64,000 bases of DNA from the NCBI GenBank assembly GCA_964423595.1, contig CAYRFI010000002.1, positions 8,567 through 72,566 of the forward strand, given 5' to 3'. Of the stretch, positions 63,521 to 64,000 are shown in pieces. How positions within the stretch are numbered: the stretch's first letter is position 1; each line of letters opens with the position of its first letter. Source of the DNA: an uncultured Thermoanaerobaculia bacterium (GTDB lineage Bacteria; Acidobacteriota; Thermoanaerobaculia; Thermoanaerobaculales; Sulfomarinibacteraceae). The translations under genes and the position numbers were made by a program. Under the pieces are notes generated by a model. It had not been told where the DNA came from, did not search any database, and saw nothing but the letters and a program-made list of their open reading frames with translations.

Positions 63521-63608
63521 CGCCCCGGGCTATCCATCTGTCGCCCCCTTCGGGGGCTCGTGAGCTCATTGATTCCGCCGTCCCCGGAGGCTCACGCCCC
63601 AGGTTGAG
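63513..63608. repeat. REP-like GC-hairpin element (same family as 47162-47205)
   Basis: GGGGCTCACGCCCCGGGCTATCCATCTGTCGCCCCCTTCGGGGGCTCG and CCCCGGAGGCTCACGCCCCAGGTTGAG. Inverted GCAAGAT-type heptads (ATCTTGC ATCTTGG ATCCTGC) follow at 63665-63685. Confidence 0.7.
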
Positions 63609-63705
63609 TCGTATCAAAAAAAGCCGCGGAGCGGCGGCAGGTTGATTTCGCTCACCGAGCGCGGATCTTGCATCTTGGATCCTGCAACAACATCATAATG
63701 AAACC

Positions 63706-64000
63706 ATGAACGGCGCTTCAAAATCCTGGCGGGCAAGCTATGTGCGGCTGGCACGGAGCGGGGAGCTTGACAAACGGGTCGAGCAACTCGATGCGCTGCT
63801 CGAAGACTGCTCGGTTTGCCCGCGGAGGTGCGGTGTTGACCGGCGGAGTGAGCTCGGAGAGTGCGCGACTGGCGCCGATGCGGTCATCGCCTCCTGGAAC
63901 CCCCACCACGGCGAGGAGCCTGTGATCTCCTGCCGCCGCGGCTCGGGCACCGTCTTCCTCGCCAACTGCAACCTGCGCTGCGCCTTCTGCCAGAACCACG
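63706..64000 (+). CDS. Radical SAM protein, 5' part (3' end outside window)
   Basis: ATG 63706. CNLRCAFCQN (CxxxCxxC) at the window edge. Upstream Cys cluster CSVCPRRC...C. Confidence 0.75.
   Translation, partial: MNGASKSWRASYVRLARSGELDKRVEQLDALLEDCSVCPRRCGVDRRSELGECATGADAVIASWNPHHGEEPVISCRRGSGTVFLANCNLRCAFCQNH

Overview
GC-rich chromosomal segment from a Gram-negative-type bacterium. It carries Kdo/LPS genes (kdsA, kdsD, kdsB), pyrG, a sigma-54 activator, a Ser/Thr kinase and a very high density of two-component proteins. The lineage cannot be fixed from the window, though the gene content resembles Acidobacteriota or Myxococcota-like genomes. Layout: (1) 1-6.2 kb has a helicase 3' end, an asparaginase-like gene, kdsD-kdsA and an NtrC-type activator. 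(2) 6.4-13.1 kb holds six + strand genes for secreted proteins served by three near-identical sigma-54 promoters. By motif they read as a very divergent chaperone-usher-type fibre locus, and this is my best candidate for an undescribed system. (3) 13-33.6 kb is a signalling supercluster: five histidine kinases, an RR-HD-GYP, a STAS/GAF-PP2C/CheY module, and a PilB-like ATPase with an MshEN-type c-di-GMP motif next to a pilin-like gene. A decayed IS1380-like element sits inside it. (4) 33.6-38.3 kb has pyrG (in-frame TAG), kdsB, a TetR regulator and a saccharopine-dehydrogenase-like gene. (5) 38.4-51.6 kb is a run of small accessory genes, including a CMD/AhpD-like gene with TGA at the second Cys of its CxxC motif (selenoprotein candidate). 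(6) 51.8-58.1 kb has an MntA/HepT toxin-antitoxin pair, a disrupted wHTH-STAND-WD40 giant gene and a DUF4143 ATPase. (7) 58.3-64 kb has an HExxH secreted protein, a Ser/Thr kinase, a GT-C-like membrane protein and a radical-SAM 5' end. Non-coding DNA contains three repeat families: short elements sharing the IS terminus (often just after stop codons), intergenic heptanucleotide arrays around GGGNGGGNGGGNGG cores, and REP-like GC hairpins with a 42-bp tandem repeat. No rRNA, tRNA or CRISPR array was seen. All family calls rest on motif reading by eye. No searches were run.
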